Positions 1 to 9,028 of a stretch of 64,000 nt of DNA are shown here, in pieces. The stretch comes from Candidatus Brocadiia bacterium JP1 (GTDB taxonomy: Bacteria > Planctomycetota > Brocadiia > Brocadiales > Bathyanammoxibiaceae): contig JBMFFR010000008.1 of assembly GCA_051388875.1 (NCBI GenBank), forward strand, positions 35,830-99,829, written 5' to 3'. Position numbers and translations under genes: made by a program. Numbering within the stretch: position 1 is the first letter of the stretch; every line of letters starts with the position of its first letter. The notes under the pieces were generated by a model. The model did not search any database. It was not told the origin of the DNA and saw only the letters and a program-made list of their open reading frames with translations.

Positions 1-578
1 TGTGTAAGACTAAGGACGAATGGAGAGATATAATAGAAAAAATGATGAAGAAGAGTCCAGAATGGATTCAACCTAACGAAGCTGAGCAAATTTTTAAAGA
101 AATCCTTGCATTAAGACCAGAGCGGGTCCATGCAATTTGCAATGAGAGGAAGGATTACGAGGACTTGCGATTTCTGTTTGTTGACCGCTGCACTCTTTGT
201 CACAATCTGAATCGTGTGCTACTGAAAGATAAAACCCTAGAGGAGTGGGAGAATACGGTAGAACGGATGCGTCTAGAGGCAAGCGACTACATATCAGTTG
301 AGGATGCAGAAAAAATAATCAGCTTCCTGTCAGAAAGGGGAGAGACGCTTAAACAAGATGTGGGGGCCCAGCTACTTGTAACTAAGTGTATGACCTGCCA
401 CCCAGGCGAACAAATTCTGCTTGAAACGCATAACCACGCAGAGTGGAATACGATAGTAAGAAGATGTAAGGAGAAATCGTACCAGGCATTTAAAACGGGC
501 TGGTTAAATCAACACGAGGTGGAACTTATCGTTGACCTGCTAGTAAAGACTCAAGGCACCAAACCTGAGAAACACTAA
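1..578 (+). CDS. multihaem c-type cytochrome (5' end outside window)
   Basis: The frame of ORF 42..578 stays open back to nt 3 (CKTKDEWRDIIEK precedes the listed Met), so the gene begins upstream. It has two CxxCH haem sites (CTLCH, CMTCH). Each is followed by an EW-x3-V-x-R/K tail, and a third such tail is cut by the window edge. Confidence 0.75.
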   Translation, partial: CKTKDEWRDIIEKMMKKSPEWIQPNEAEQIFKEILALRPERVHAICNERKDYEDLRFLFVDRCTLCHNLNRVLLKDKTLEEWENTVERMRLEASDYISVEDAEKIISFLSERGETLKQDVGAQLLVTKCMTCHPGEQILLETHNHAEWNTIVRRCKEKSYQAFKTGWLNQHEVELIVDLLVKTQGTKPEKH

Positions 579-808
579 AACGCATTAATTGCAATCATTA
601 TTCGTCATTCTGAAGTGTGACTGAAGTAGTATACTATCTTGATGAAATAGTGTATTGCTTTTCGTCCAAATCTTGATTACCCCACCCTACCTCCCATTAA
701 GGTGGAGCGTATTTATACTTTGTTAGCAGAAGATTTTATTCTGCAAAAATCTGCCGTGCCTAAGACAGATTCACCTTTGGCTAACCTCCCTCTCTAAGTG
801 ATTTTGCG

Positions 809-2632
809 TTACCTCCCCAGCAGAGCGGCGAAGTCTGGGTCGTTAAGGAAGGGCTCAAAGTCCGGATTAGCCTTGGCTGTATCTTTCCATCTGGGGTTTA
901 GAGAGATGGCCTTCCGCAGGGAGTCAAGCACGCCCCTCTTGTCTTTAAGTACAGCCAATGCGGAGGCACGATTGTACCATGCTACATCAAAGGTAGGGTT
1001 AATCCTGAGGGACATGTCGTAGGCCTCAATGGCTTCCTTTGATTTGCCCACCATATCAAGCACAAGGCCCATATTGTGCCAGGCGGAATAGGATTGCGGG
1101 TTTAGCTCAATCGCTTTTTGGAAGGATTGTATCGCTTCCTGGTTTTTGCCTAGGTCGCTAAGGAGGAGTCCCCGGTAGTCCCAAGCCTCTGAGTAGGTTG
1201 TTTGGCATTCAATAGCCTTCTCAATGGCCCTAAAGGCTTCCTGGGTTTTTATCTGTGCCTCGCCCAGTATGAGTGCTTTCTGATACCATGCCTCGGCACT
1301 TTTGGGATTTATCGTGAGGGAGCGTTCAAATGTCCTGATGGCATCGTCATTGCGACCTAGCTTCATATAGACAGTAGCAGTATTATACCAGACGTCAAAA
1401 GAATTGGGTCTTAATTTGGCCGCCTCATTATAGGAACTAAGGGATTCCGGGTATCTCTGGAGTTTAACCAGGGTATTGGCCTTGCTTAACCAGGCCTCAA
1501 AAATGGTTGGCTCTATGCTGACAGCCTTTTCAAATGACCTAAGGGCCTCCTCATTACGCTCAAGTCTCAGAAGGGCACTGCCTTTGCTTACCCAAGACTC
1601 TGGCGTGTCGGGACTTAGCTCAGAGGCTTTTTGGAAGGCCTCCACGGCCTCTTTTTGCTTTCCCGTTCGGGAAAGCACCTCCCCTTTACTTGTCCAACCC
1701 TTAAGGTAATCGGGCCTAATCTTTATAGCAGTATCAAAGGCCTCAATGGCCTCGTTATATTTGCCCATTTCTACGGCTGTGAAACCCTTATTATACCATG
1801 TCTCATAAGATGCAGGCTCAAGCTCCAGCGCCCGAGAGTAGGCCTTTAGGGCCTCATCGTATTTGCCAAGGCGTACCAGGGCTAGGCCCTTATTTGTCCA
1901 CGGGTCATAGGCCTTGGGATTTACCTCAGAGGCAGTAGTAAACGCCTTAACTGCATCCTCATAACGGCCCATTCTGAAGCAGGCAAGGCCAATATTTTGC
2001 CATGTGAAATAGGAATCAGGTTTTACCTCTACAGCCTTTTCAAGGACTTTTATTGCCTCTTCGTTCCTGCCCATGTCCCCTAACAAGAGACCTTTATCGC
2101 TGTAAGCAGCATGAAGCTTGGGGTCTATTTCTATGCATTTGTCATAACATTTGAGGGCCTCTTCGTAACGACGAAGCCTGGTAAGGGCATTACCTCTATT
2201 TAGCCATGCCTCATAAGAGTTGGGCCTTATTTCTATTGCCTTATCGTAAGCCCTTATGGCTGCTTCTACCTGTTCCCTGTGGTTTTCTTCCACGCGCACA
2301 AGGGCCAGGCCTTTATTTATCCAGGCATCATAAAGTAGCGGATTTATACCGAGGGCATGGTCGTACGCCTCTGCTGCTTCTTTGTATCTCTTTAGGTGGT
2401 CAAGCAGTTGGGCTTTGTTGTACCAAGTTTTGTAATCGTCTGGCTTGAGCGATAGGGCGGTGTCGTAGGCGTTAAGGGCGTCATCACATTGACCCTGTTT
2501 GATTAATTCCTGTGCGTGTTTGATGATGTGTTCAAAATCTTCTTGGGCCTGCACAAGCACTGGCAAACCAGCGTGGACTATCCCTAGAAGGCCAAAGATT
2601 AGAATAATCATTATGAAGGTTATCCTAGGCAT
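809..2632 (-). CDS. secreted tetratricopeptide (TPR) repeat protein
   Basis: 607 aa. It has an N-terminal hydrophobic signal-like segment (ITFIMIILIFGLLGIVHA). This is followed by about 16 tandem 34-aa units with the recurring pattern A-x2-AY/F-x-KAL/IE-x-P-x3-AW-x-NKG. SD GGGAGA lies upstream of the ATG. Confidence 0.85.
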   Translation of the reverse strand: MPRITFIMIILIFGLLGIVHAGLPVLVQAQEDFEHIIKHAQELIKQGQCDDALNAYDTALSLKPDDYKTWYNKAQLLDHLKRYKEAAEAYDHALGINPLLYDAWINKGLALVRVEENHREQVEAAIRAYDKAIEIRPNSYEAWLNRGNALTRLRRYEEALKCYDKCIEIDPKLHAAYSDKGLLLGDMGRNEEAIKVLEKAVEVKPDSYFTWQNIGLACFRMGRYEDAVKAFTTASEVNPKAYDPWTNKGLALVRLGKYDEALKAYSRALELEPASYETWYNKGFTAVEMGKYNEAIEAFDTAIKIRPDYLKGWTSKGEVLSRTGKQKEAVEAFQKASELSPDTPESWVSKGSALLRLERNEEALRSFEKAVSIEPTIFEAWLSKANTLVKLQRYPESLSSYNEAAKLRPNSFDVWYNTATVYMKLGRNDDAIRTFERSLTINPKSAEAWYQKALILGEAQIKTQEAFRAIEKAIECQTTYSEAWDYRGLLLSDLGKNQEAIQSFQKAIELNPQSYSAWHNMGLVLDMVGKSKEAIEAYDMSLRINPTFDVAWYNRASALAVLKDKRGVLDSLRKAISLNPRWKDTAKANPDFEPFLNDPDFAALLGR

Positions 2633-2854
2633 GGGTCTCCCTCCATTAACATTTGGTTATTAAGGTGCATTATAGCAATAGTACACCTGCACAGCATACT
2701 GGAGTTTATTTGTTGCGTCAATGGGGTTTGTCTTTTATTCTTAGTGTTATTTTTTTGATACTTTTTCGCCCCGGGCACTTCTGAGATTTCAGAGTCTTCT
2801 ACAAGTACACCCTCTTTTAGAAACTTAATTGTTGCCCCCATATATTGTTCATGG

Positions 2855-3691
2855 TTAGTAAATGGTCCCCTTGTCCAAGCTAAAAGGTTTACCTATAGAG
2901 GGCTTATTACTTAATCTGCCAGAATAATCCACCTTTTGTCCCTCTTGGAGAGGGGGGAGAGGCCCTTCGGGGATTATTTCTACCACCGTTCCGTTGTCGT
3001 CAATTGTAATTTTGCTGAGGTCTGGATAAAGGTAGATTATTTTCCCCTCTCCCCTTACATATGATCCCTTGTAATGGCTCCAGAGGGTATCTATTTCGGC
3101 CGATGTGAGGCCAGTGCCGCCCGAAAGGGATTGCTGAATTTCCGTGATGGATAGTCCGATAAAGTGTTTTGTCGCAAGAGGCCTTTCTTCAGCGGGCTCA
3201 CCAAAGAGCTTGTTAAAGTAGGCGAGATATTTATTTACAAGCGATGGGGCTTCAAAGAAGAGGGCGTTTTCATAGTTAAACTTTTCTGCATACTCGGCAA
3301 GTGAGTAGGATCCAGTAAAGACTTTGTTGCCGTCAAAAATTATAAATGTGTGATGCATTTGACCACCCAATCGTCCTGGAATGGTCTTAACCTCAATCCC
3401 ACGTTCTTTGAGGAATGGGGCAAGAGAACCTGGCTTTTGAGACTCCTGGTAATCGAGAATGAGCTTTACCCTTACGCCCCTTTTGTTTGCACTAAGGAGA
3501 TGTTCCACAAGTTCTGCGGAGGTGAGTTGGAAAGCGGCAATGTCTATGGAAATTTTAGTCTCTTGAATATTTTGTAGCAGGTGGGTTTTTATTCCACCCT
3601 TTGGGGAGAAAAGTGCCACCGTTTGAGCCTGTATCTCCAGAGGTCTAAGCAGTGCGATAATAAACAAGATCAAGATTAAGCAAAGATGCAT
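2855..3691 (-). CDS. PLD/Nuc-like phosphodiesterase-fold protein with signal peptide and a variant HxT motif
   Basis: 278 aa. The N-terminal half aligns by eye to Nuc-type PLD endonucleases (FSPKGG.., KRGVRVKLILD, HHTFIIFDGNKVFTGSYSL..NYENA). The HKD lysine position is Thr. The ~100-aa C-terminal region is not recognised. Confidence 0.6.
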   Translation of the reverse strand: MHLCLILILFIIALLRPLEIQAQTVALFSPKGGIKTHLLQNIQETKISIDIAAFQLTSAELVEHLLSANKRGVRVKLILDYQESQKPGSLAPFLKERGIEVKTIPGRLGGQMHHTFIIFDGNKVFTGSYSLAEYAEKFNYENALFFEAPSLVNKYLAYFNKLFGEPAEERPLATKHFIGLSITEIQQSLSGGTGLTSAEIDTLWSHYKGSYVRGEGKIIYLYPDLSKITIDDNGTVVEIIPEGPLPPLQEGQKVDYSGRLSNKPSIGKPFSLDKGTIY

Positions 3692-3789
3692 AGGATTCGC
3701 ATAATATCAAATAAGCTAGTTAATGAAAACATCTTTTGTTTGCGTTTATGCAAGCAGATAGTGCCCTAATTTTCATGGGTGTTTGTCTC

Positions 3790-3817
3790 TTGAAAAAGAC
3801 AAAAATATTTCTATAAT
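3790..3817 (+). promoter_or_regulatory. sigma70-like promoter for the tRNA-tuf cluster
   Basis: TTGAAA (3790-3795), 16-nt spacer, TATAAT (3812-3817). The first tRNA starts 13 nt downstream. Confidence 0.5.
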
Positions 3818-3829
3818 AATAACTTTTGG

Positions 3830-3901
3830 GCTAGCGTAGCTCAAGGGCAGAGCAGCTGTTTTGTAAACAGCAGGTTGTGGGTTCGAATCCCGCCGCTAGC
3901 T
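3830..3901 (+). tRNA. tRNA-Thr (anticodon UGU)
   Basis: Cloverleaf read by hand. Acceptor GCTAGCG/CGCTAGC, anticodon loop TTTGTAA, T-arm GTGGG-TTCGAAT-CCCGC. No encoded CCA. Confidence 0.93.
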
Positions 3902-3947
3902 TAGCTTTAAAAATAATACAGAAGGTCTGCCCTGTAGAGTAAGAAGA

Positions 3948-4033
3948 GGGGAGATTCCCGAGTGGCCAAAGGGGACAGACTGTAAATCTGTTGGCGATGT
4001 CCTTCGGAGGTTCGAATCCTCCTCTCCCCACCA
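3948..4033 (+). tRNA. tRNA-Tyr (anticodon GUA), long variable arm, CCA encoded
   Basis: Acceptor GGGGAGA/TCTCCCC, anticodon loop CTGTAAA, long variable arm, T-arm GGAGG-TTCGAAT-CCTCC, then A-CCA. Confidence 0.93.
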
Positions 4034-4051
4034 TTTTTTAACAGGTAATGT

Positions 4052-4122
4052 GCGGGCGTAGCTCAATGGTAGAGCCCTAGCCTTCCAAGCTAGTCATGTG
4101 GGTTCGATTCCCATCGCCCGCT
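4052..4122 (+). tRNA. tRNA-Gly (anticodon UCC)
   Basis: Acceptor GCGGGCG/CGCCCGC, anticodon stem CTAGC/GCTAG with loop CTTCCAA, T-loop GGTTCGATTCC. Confidence 0.93.
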
Positions 4123-4123
4123 C

Positions 4124-4151
4124 TTGACAACTTTTTTTTTATTGGTATAAT
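4124..4151 (+). promoter_or_regulatory. consensus sigma70 promoter (extended -10) inside the tRNA cluster
   Basis: Perfect TTGACA (4124-4129), 16-nt T-rich spacer, TGg-TATAAT (TG 4143-4144, -10 at 4146-4151). It lies 17 nt upstream of tRNA-Thr(GGU). Confidence 0.6.
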
Positions 4152-4168
4152 TTTTGTTTTGTTAATGT

Positions 4169-4243
<75 letters not shown>

Positions 4244-4286
4244 TATTATAAGATGAGTAAAGGATAGAAACTCAAGGAGAGGGGAA

Positions 4287-5489
4287 ATGGCGAAGGAAGT
4301 ATTTGTAAGAACAAAGCCACACGTAAATGTAGGGACAATCGGCCATATTGACCACGGCAAAACCACACTGACGTCTGTAATCACTCATGTCCTTTCAAAG
4401 GCAGGGCTAGCAAAAGAAAGGCCCTTTGATTCTATTGATAATGCTCCAGAGGAAAAGGAGAGAGGGATAACTATTGCGATTTCTCATGTAGAGTATCAAA
4501 CTGATAAAAGGCACTATGCCCACGTGGATTGTCCTGGGCATGCTGACTATATAAAGAATATGATAACTGGCGCAGCTCAGATGGATGGGGCTATCCTTGT
4601 GGTTAGTGCCCCAGACGGACCAATGCCACAGACTAGGGAGCATATCCTTCTGGCCCGCCAGGTGGGTGTGCCTGCCATAGTGGTGTTTATGAATAAGATA
4701 GATGCCCTAGAGGATAAAGAACTCCAGGAGTTAGTGGAAATGGAGGTCAGGGAACTATTAAAGAAGTATAAATTTCCAGGAGATGAGATTCCGATAATTA
4801 GGGGCTCGGCATTAGAGGCCGCGAACTGTGGTTGTGGAAAGAGAGAGTGTCTTAAGTGTGGTGCAATCTGGAAGCTTATGGATGCTGTGGACAGCTATAT
4901 ACCGACACCCGTAAGGGAAGTAGATAAGCCTTTTCTCATGTCGATAGAAGACGTGTTCAGCATAAAGGGTAGAGGTACGGTGGGTACAGGTAGGGTGGAA
5001 AGGGGCAAGGTAAGGGTGGGAGAAGAGGTGGAAATAGTAGGCCTCACGCACGATATAAAAAAGACTGTGATAACAGGTGTGGAGATGTTTAATAAGACCT
5101 TGGAAGAGGGGCAAGCTGGGGATAATGTTGGGCTGCTCCTCAGAGGGGTAGAAAAAGAACAGATGGAAAGAGGTATGGTCTTGGCTGCCCCAGGTAGCAT
5201 TACCCCACATACAAACTTTGAGGCAGAGGTGTACATATTAACCAAGGAAGAAGGAGGGAGACACACTCCGTTCTTCACTGGATATAGACCACAATTTTAC
5301 TTCAGAACTACGGACGTTACCGGGGTATCCAAACTTCCTTCGGGGACTGATATGGTTATGCCTGGGGATAATGTGAGGCTAACTGTGGAGCTTATTGTCC
5401 CAATAGCAATGGAAGAGAACCTGAGATTCGCTATCCGTGAAGGTGGCCACACCGTAGGCGCTGGTGTAGTTACCAAGGTTCTTAAATAG
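4287..5489 (+). CDS. tuf: translation elongation factor Tu
   Basis: 400 aa. GTPase motifs [24 protein letters not shown]. Sits in the conserved tRNA-tuf-rpmG context. Carries an unusual [11 protein letters not shown] insertion. Confidence 0.98.
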   Translation: MAKEVFVRTKPHVNVGTIGHIDHGKTTLTSVITHVLSKAGLAKERPFDSIDNAPEEKERGITIAISHVEYQTDKRHYAHVDCPGHADYIKNMITGAAQMDGAILVVSAPDGPMPQTREHILLARQVGVPAIVVFMNKIDALEDKELQELVEMEVRELLKKYKFPGDEIPIIRGSALEAANCGCGKRECLKCGAIWKLMDAVDSYIPTPVREVDKPFLMSIEDVFSIKGRGTVGTGRVERGKVRVGEEVEIVGLTHDIKKTVITGVEMFNKTLEEGQAGDNVGLLLRGVEKEQMERGMVLAAPGSITPHTNFEAEVYILTKEEGGRHTPFFTGYRPQFYFRTTDVTGVSKLPSGTDMVMPGDNVRLTVELIVPIAMEENLRFAIREGGHTVGAGVVTKVLK

Positions 5490-5494
5490 AAAAA

Positions 5495-5647
5495 ATGGTA
5501 CGGGAGGCTATTACTTTAGTATGTTCCGAATGTTCTGGCAGAAACTATCGGAGCACCAAACAGGCAAGGTCTACCAAAAAGCTTGAACTGAAGAAGTATT
5601 GTCGTAACTGCCGAAGACATACTGTTCATAAGGAACACAAGAAATAG
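5495..5647 (+). CDS. rpmG: 50S ribosomal protein L33 (zinc-ribbon form)
   Basis: Not in the ORF track (50 aa). Hand translation: MVREAITLVCSECSGRNYRSTKQARSTKKLELKKYCRNCRRHTVHKEHKK. It has a CxxC..CxxC motif and the classic position between tuf and tRNA-Trp/secE. Confidence 0.9.
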   Translation: MVREAITLVCSECSGRNYRSTKQARSTKKLELKKYCRNCRRHTVHKEHKK

Positions 5648-5656
5648 GATAGATTT

Positions 5657-5730
5657 AGGCCCGTAGCTCTAATTGGTAGAGCACCGGACTCCAAATCCGG
5701 GTGTTGGGGGTTCGAGTCCCTCCGGGCCTG
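5657..5730 (+). tRNA. tRNA-Trp (anticodon CCA)
   Basis: Acceptor AGGCCCG/CGGGCCT, anticodon stem CCGGA/TCCGG with loop CTCCAAA, T-loop GGTTCGAGTCC. Confidence 0.93.
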
Positions 5731-5749
5731 CAAATAAAACCTGTCAGAG

Positions 5750-6208
5750 ATGGCTTTAGAGATTTATAAGAGAAACCAAGGAATTCACGCCCGGGTTTCT
5801 ATAGGAGCAGGCTTAGGAGTGTTAGCCATGATGGCGGCTCACTCAGTGTATGGAAGTCTTATAGAATTGCCAAGGTTGTATCCAGGAGCTAAAGTGCCCC
5901 TTATGGAGCTTCCACTTACTTGGGGCTTAATGTGCTCTGTGCTTTTTTTTACACTCAGCACGTTCCTTATTGGAGTGTCAACTGTGGGTTTTGAGACAGG
6001 CATTTTTACCTTAGACACCAACAGCAAGAAGATTATAGATTTCTTGATAGATACGCAAACAGAGCTCCAGAAAGTTTCATGGCCCACTAGGGAGGAACTC
6101 ACGGGTTCTACGGTAGTGGTAATACTTTCTGTGATTATTTTGGGTGTTTATATATTTGGTGTAGATTGGGTCATAACAAAGGTTATGCAGTGGATAGGTT
6201 TTCTGTAG
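5750..6208 (+). CDS. secE: preprotein translocase subunit SecE (three-TM form)
   Basis: 152 aa. The C-terminal signature ELQKVSWPTREEL is followed by a TM helix, with two extra N-terminal TM segments. Located immediately upstream of nusG. Confidence 0.88.
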   Translation: MALEIYKRNQGIHARVSIGAGLGVLAMMAAHSVYGSLIELPRLYPGAKVPLMELPLTWGLMCSVLFFTLSTFLIGVSTVGFETGIFTLDTNSKKIIDFLIDTQTELQKVSWPTREELTGSTVVVILSVIILGVYIFGVDWVITKVMQWIGFL

Positions 6209-6338
6209 AGAAAGTTTTTTGCATAGGGGGCTAGGATTAATGCCCGGTAGAGATTCCTATAATTTAATTTTAAGATTCCTCCAATTTAGTCCTTGTTTTA
6301 GACCAGTTGAGGCACGGTAGCAGATTTTGAAAGAAATT

Positions 6339-6887
6339 ATGAAGAAGTGGTTTGTGTTGAGAGTTCAGAGTAACAAGGAAGATAGAGTAAGAAAAACCTT
6401 GGAGGAGTGTATAAAGGCGAAGGGTTTGGAGAACTTGGTCCCAAGGGTTCTTGTACCCACAGAGAAGGTTTCTGAGATTAGAGGTGGTAAAAAAAGGGTG
6501 GTGGAAAGGAAGGTTTATCCTGGTTACGTTATGGCGGAAGTGGAGGTAGATGAGCAAGGGAATATGCCTCCGGAAGTCCTGTATCTCATAAGAGAAACAC
6601 CTGGTGCTGGAGATTTTTTAGGTGGGGAACGAACCAGGCCTATGCCCATGGCTTCTTACGAAGTGGAAAAGGTGCTAGTGGAGGTAGGGAAGGGCGAGGA
6701 AAGACCAAAGGCCAAGATACACTTTAAGGAAGGCGATAAGGTTAGGATAAAGGAAGGCCCTTTTGAGAATTTCGAAGGTGCAGTGGAAGAAATTATGGAA
6801 GGTACAGGAAGGGTAAGGATAATTATCACTATCTTTGGAAGATCAACACCGGTGGAGTTAGAATACTGGCAAGTGGAGACGGTATAA
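6339..6887 (+). CDS. nusG: transcription termination/antitermination factor NusG
   Basis: MKKWFVLRVQSNKEDRV.. NGN domain and a C-terminal KOW (GDKVRIKEGPFENFEGAV). The track ORF begins at TTG 6327; ATG 6339 fits the usual NusG N-terminus. Confidence 0.93.
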   Translation: MKKWFVLRVQSNKEDRVRKTLEECIKAKGLENLVPRVLVPTEKVSEIRGGKKRVVERKVYPGYVMAEVEVDEQGNMPPEVLYLIRETPGAGDFLGGERTRPMPMASYEVEKVLVEVGKGEERPKAKIHFKEGDKVRIKEGPFENFEGAVEEIMEGTGRVRIIITIFGRSTPVELEYWQVETV

Positions 6888-7313
6888 ATGCCTAAGGAAG
6901 TATTAGCTAAGGTAAAGCTACAAATACCAGCGGGTCAGGCCACACCGGCACCCCCGGTAGGGCCCGCCCTTGGTCAGCATGGGGTAAATATTGGACAATT
7001 TGTTTCAAAATTCAACGAGAAGACCAAAAACAATCCAGGTGTCATAACACCGGTAGAGATAACTATTTACAAAGACAAAACCTTTGATTTTATATTGAAG
7101 TCCCCCCCCGCTGCTGTACTCTTAAAACAGTTGGCCGGATTAGCCAAAGGTTCAGGGGTTCCCAATAAAGAAAAGATCGGCAATGTCACAAGGCAACAGC
7201 TTTTGGAAATAGCAAAGACGAAGATGCAAGACCTTAATACTAAAGACCCCCAAATGGCAGTAAGGATGGTAGAGGGGACTGCAAAGAGCATGGGTATAGT
7301 AGTAGGAGACTAG
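6888..7313 (+). CDS. rplK: 50S ribosomal protein L11
   Basis: 141 aa with [22 protein letters not shown] signature. The ATG directly abuts the nusG stop. Confidence 0.97.
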   Translation: MPKEVLAKVKLQIPAGQATPAPPVGPALGQHGVNIGQFVSKFNEKTKNNPGVITPVEITIYKDKTFDFILKSPPAAVLLKQLAGLAKGSGVPNKEKIGNVTRQQLLEIAKTKMQDLNTKDPQMAVRMVEGTAKSMGIVVGD

Positions 7314-7316
7314 CCA

Positions 7317-7997
7317 GTGGCGAACAGGAGCAAAAGATATACTGAGAGTAAGAAACAGTTTGATGGTAAAAAGGAATACTCTATAAAAGAGGCGGTAGCA
7401 CTCCTCAAGGGCTTCCCTGGGACTAAATTTGACCAGAGTGTACAGATTTGCATTAAGTTAGGTATTGACCCAAAGCGCTCAGATCAGATGGTAAGAGATG
7501 CCTTTTCACTGCCGAAAGGGGTTGGGAAGGAACGGAGGGTGGTGGTCTTTACTACTGGAGAGAGAGCAGAAAAGGCCCTAAGGGCTGGTGCTATAGCAGC
7601 GGGTTCCGATGAATTGGTTAAGAAGGTAGAGGAAGGCTGGATGGACTTTGATGTGGCCGTAGCTACCCCGGATATGATGCGGCTGATTGGTAAGTTGGGA
7701 AGAATTCTTGGTCCCCAGGGCAAGATGCCCTCCCCCAAATCCGGAACAGTTACTGAGGATGTTGAGACTACCGTACAGGAGTTTAAGGCAGGTAAGATTG
7801 AATACAGAAGTGATGCTGGTGGAAACGTCCATGCGCTGATGGGGAAGCTTTCCTTTCCTGAAGAAGATTTACAGGAAAACATAAATGCCTTTATTGCCCA
7901 TCTTACAGTTTCTAGGCCTCCTACTGTGAAAGGGGCATTTTTTCAAAAGGCGTGTCTCTCGTCGACGATGAGTCCGAGCATAAAACTAGCGATTTAA
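7317..7997 (+). CDS. rplA: 50S ribosomal protein L1
   Basis: 226 aa. GTG start after SD GGAGA. L1-like KFDQSVQICIKLGIDPKRSDQMVR. Follows rplK. Confidence 0.95.
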   Translation: MANRSKRYTESKKQFDGKKEYSIKEAVALLKGFPGTKFDQSVQICIKLGIDPKRSDQMVRDAFSLPKGVGKERRVVVFTTGERAEKALRAGAIAAGSDELVKKVEEGWMDFDVAVATPDMMRLIGKLGRILGPQGKMPSPKSGTVTEDVETTVQEFKAGKIEYRSDAGGNVHALMGKLSFPEEDLQENINAFIAHLTVSRPPTVKGAFFQKACLSSTMSPSIKLAI

Positions 7998-8003
7998 AAA
8001 CCT

Positions 8004-8546
8004 ATGGTTAGCATAGTAAATGAACTAGCAGTAAAGGAATTAGTACAGAGATACAGGCACGTAAGGGACTGTGTAGTGGTGAACTGTCAAGGCATAAAAG
8101 CTCTTGAGTCTAACCAGCTTAGGAAAGAGCTTGGGGCGAGGAACATAAATGTAGAGGTAGTAAGAAATACTCTGGTCTCCATGGCTTTCAAAGAAGTGGG
8201 TTTGGATAGTGCAGGGAAACTCTTTGAAGGGCCTTCAGCCTTAGTAAGTGGTTCAACCGATTCGGTGGTGCTTGCCAAGGCAGTGGTAGAATGGACCAAA
8301 AAGATCCCTTCCATAAAAATAAAAGGAGGGATAATAGAAGGTAAAGTGGTTTCTATTCCAGAGGTAGAGGCACTTTCCCTGCTACCGGCAAAAACAGTTC
8401 TACATACCCAGTTGGCTACCCTTGTGCAGTCGCCTTTGAGCCGGTTGGCCGCTGTGCTAAGTGCTCCTTTACGTAATCTCGGGGCTTGCATAGAGGCCCT
8501 TAAAAGTAAAAAAGAAAAGGAAGGTAATAGTGTTACTGGAGGGTAA
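8004..8546 (+). CDS. rplJ: 50S ribosomal protein L10
   Basis: 180 aa, positioned between rplA and rplL, with L10-like N-terminal region. Confidence 0.93.
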   Translation: MVSIVNELAVKELVQRYRHVRDCVVVNCQGIKALESNQLRKELGARNINVEVVRNTLVSMAFKEVGLDSAGKLFEGPSALVSGSTDSVVLAKAVVEWTKKIPSIKIKGGIIEGKVVSIPEVEALSLLPAKTVLHTQLATLVQSPLSRLAAVLSAPLRNLGACIEALKSKKEKEGNSVTGG

Positions 8547-8548
8547 AG

Positions 8549-8971
8549 ATGATTACTGAAACAGCAAAGACGACCACCTCTGAGAAGATAAACCAGATAC
8601 TGGATCTCGTAAGTGGTTTAACGTTATTAGAGACTTCACAGTTAGTGAAAGCTTTTGAGGAACGATTTGGGGTTACAGCTATGGCAGCCGCACCGATGGC
8701 CATGCCGGTTACAGGGGCTCCCACTGCACAAGCAGCCGCAGCCGCACCAGCAGAAGAAAAGAGCGCGTTTGACATTGTCCTTAAGGCAGCAGGTGCCAAC
8801 AAGATCCAAGTTATTAAGGTGGTAAGAGCCCACACCACCCTTGGACTTAAAGAGGCAAAAGATCTGGTGGACTCCGCACCGAAGACAGTAAAGGAAGGTG
8901 TTAGCAAAGAGGACGTTGCCAAGATTAAGAAGGAACTAGAAGAGGCTGGAGCCACAGTAGAGATTAAGTAA
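8549..8971 (+). CDS. rplL: 50S ribosomal protein L7/L12
   Basis: 140 aa. Ala/Pro-rich hinge and C-terminal domain [34 protein letters not shown]. Confidence 0.97.
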   Translation: MITETAKTTTSEKINQILDLVSGLTLLETSQLVKAFEERFGVTAMAAAPMAMPVTGAPTAQAAAAAPAEEKSAFDIVLKAAGANKIQVIKVVRAHTTLGLKEAKDLVDSAPKTVKEGVSKEDVAKIKKELEEAGATVEIK

Positions 8972-9028
8972 GTTTGCAGTGATTGTGGTAAAATATGTAA
9001 GTAAGAACAAAACGGGAATTCAAAACAC

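Noticed and set aside
2620-2841. 73-aa minus-strand ORF between the PLD-like and TPR genes
   Set aside because: I recognised no motif or convincing SD, and it overlaps the TPR gene start by 13 nt. It cannot be supported from sequence alone and may simply be promoter/leader DNA.
3831-4034. 67-aa minus-strand ORF from the track
   Set aside because: It lies entirely antisense to tRNA-Thr and tRNA-Tyr, whose cloverleaves are clear. The ORF is a by-product of the tRNA sequence.
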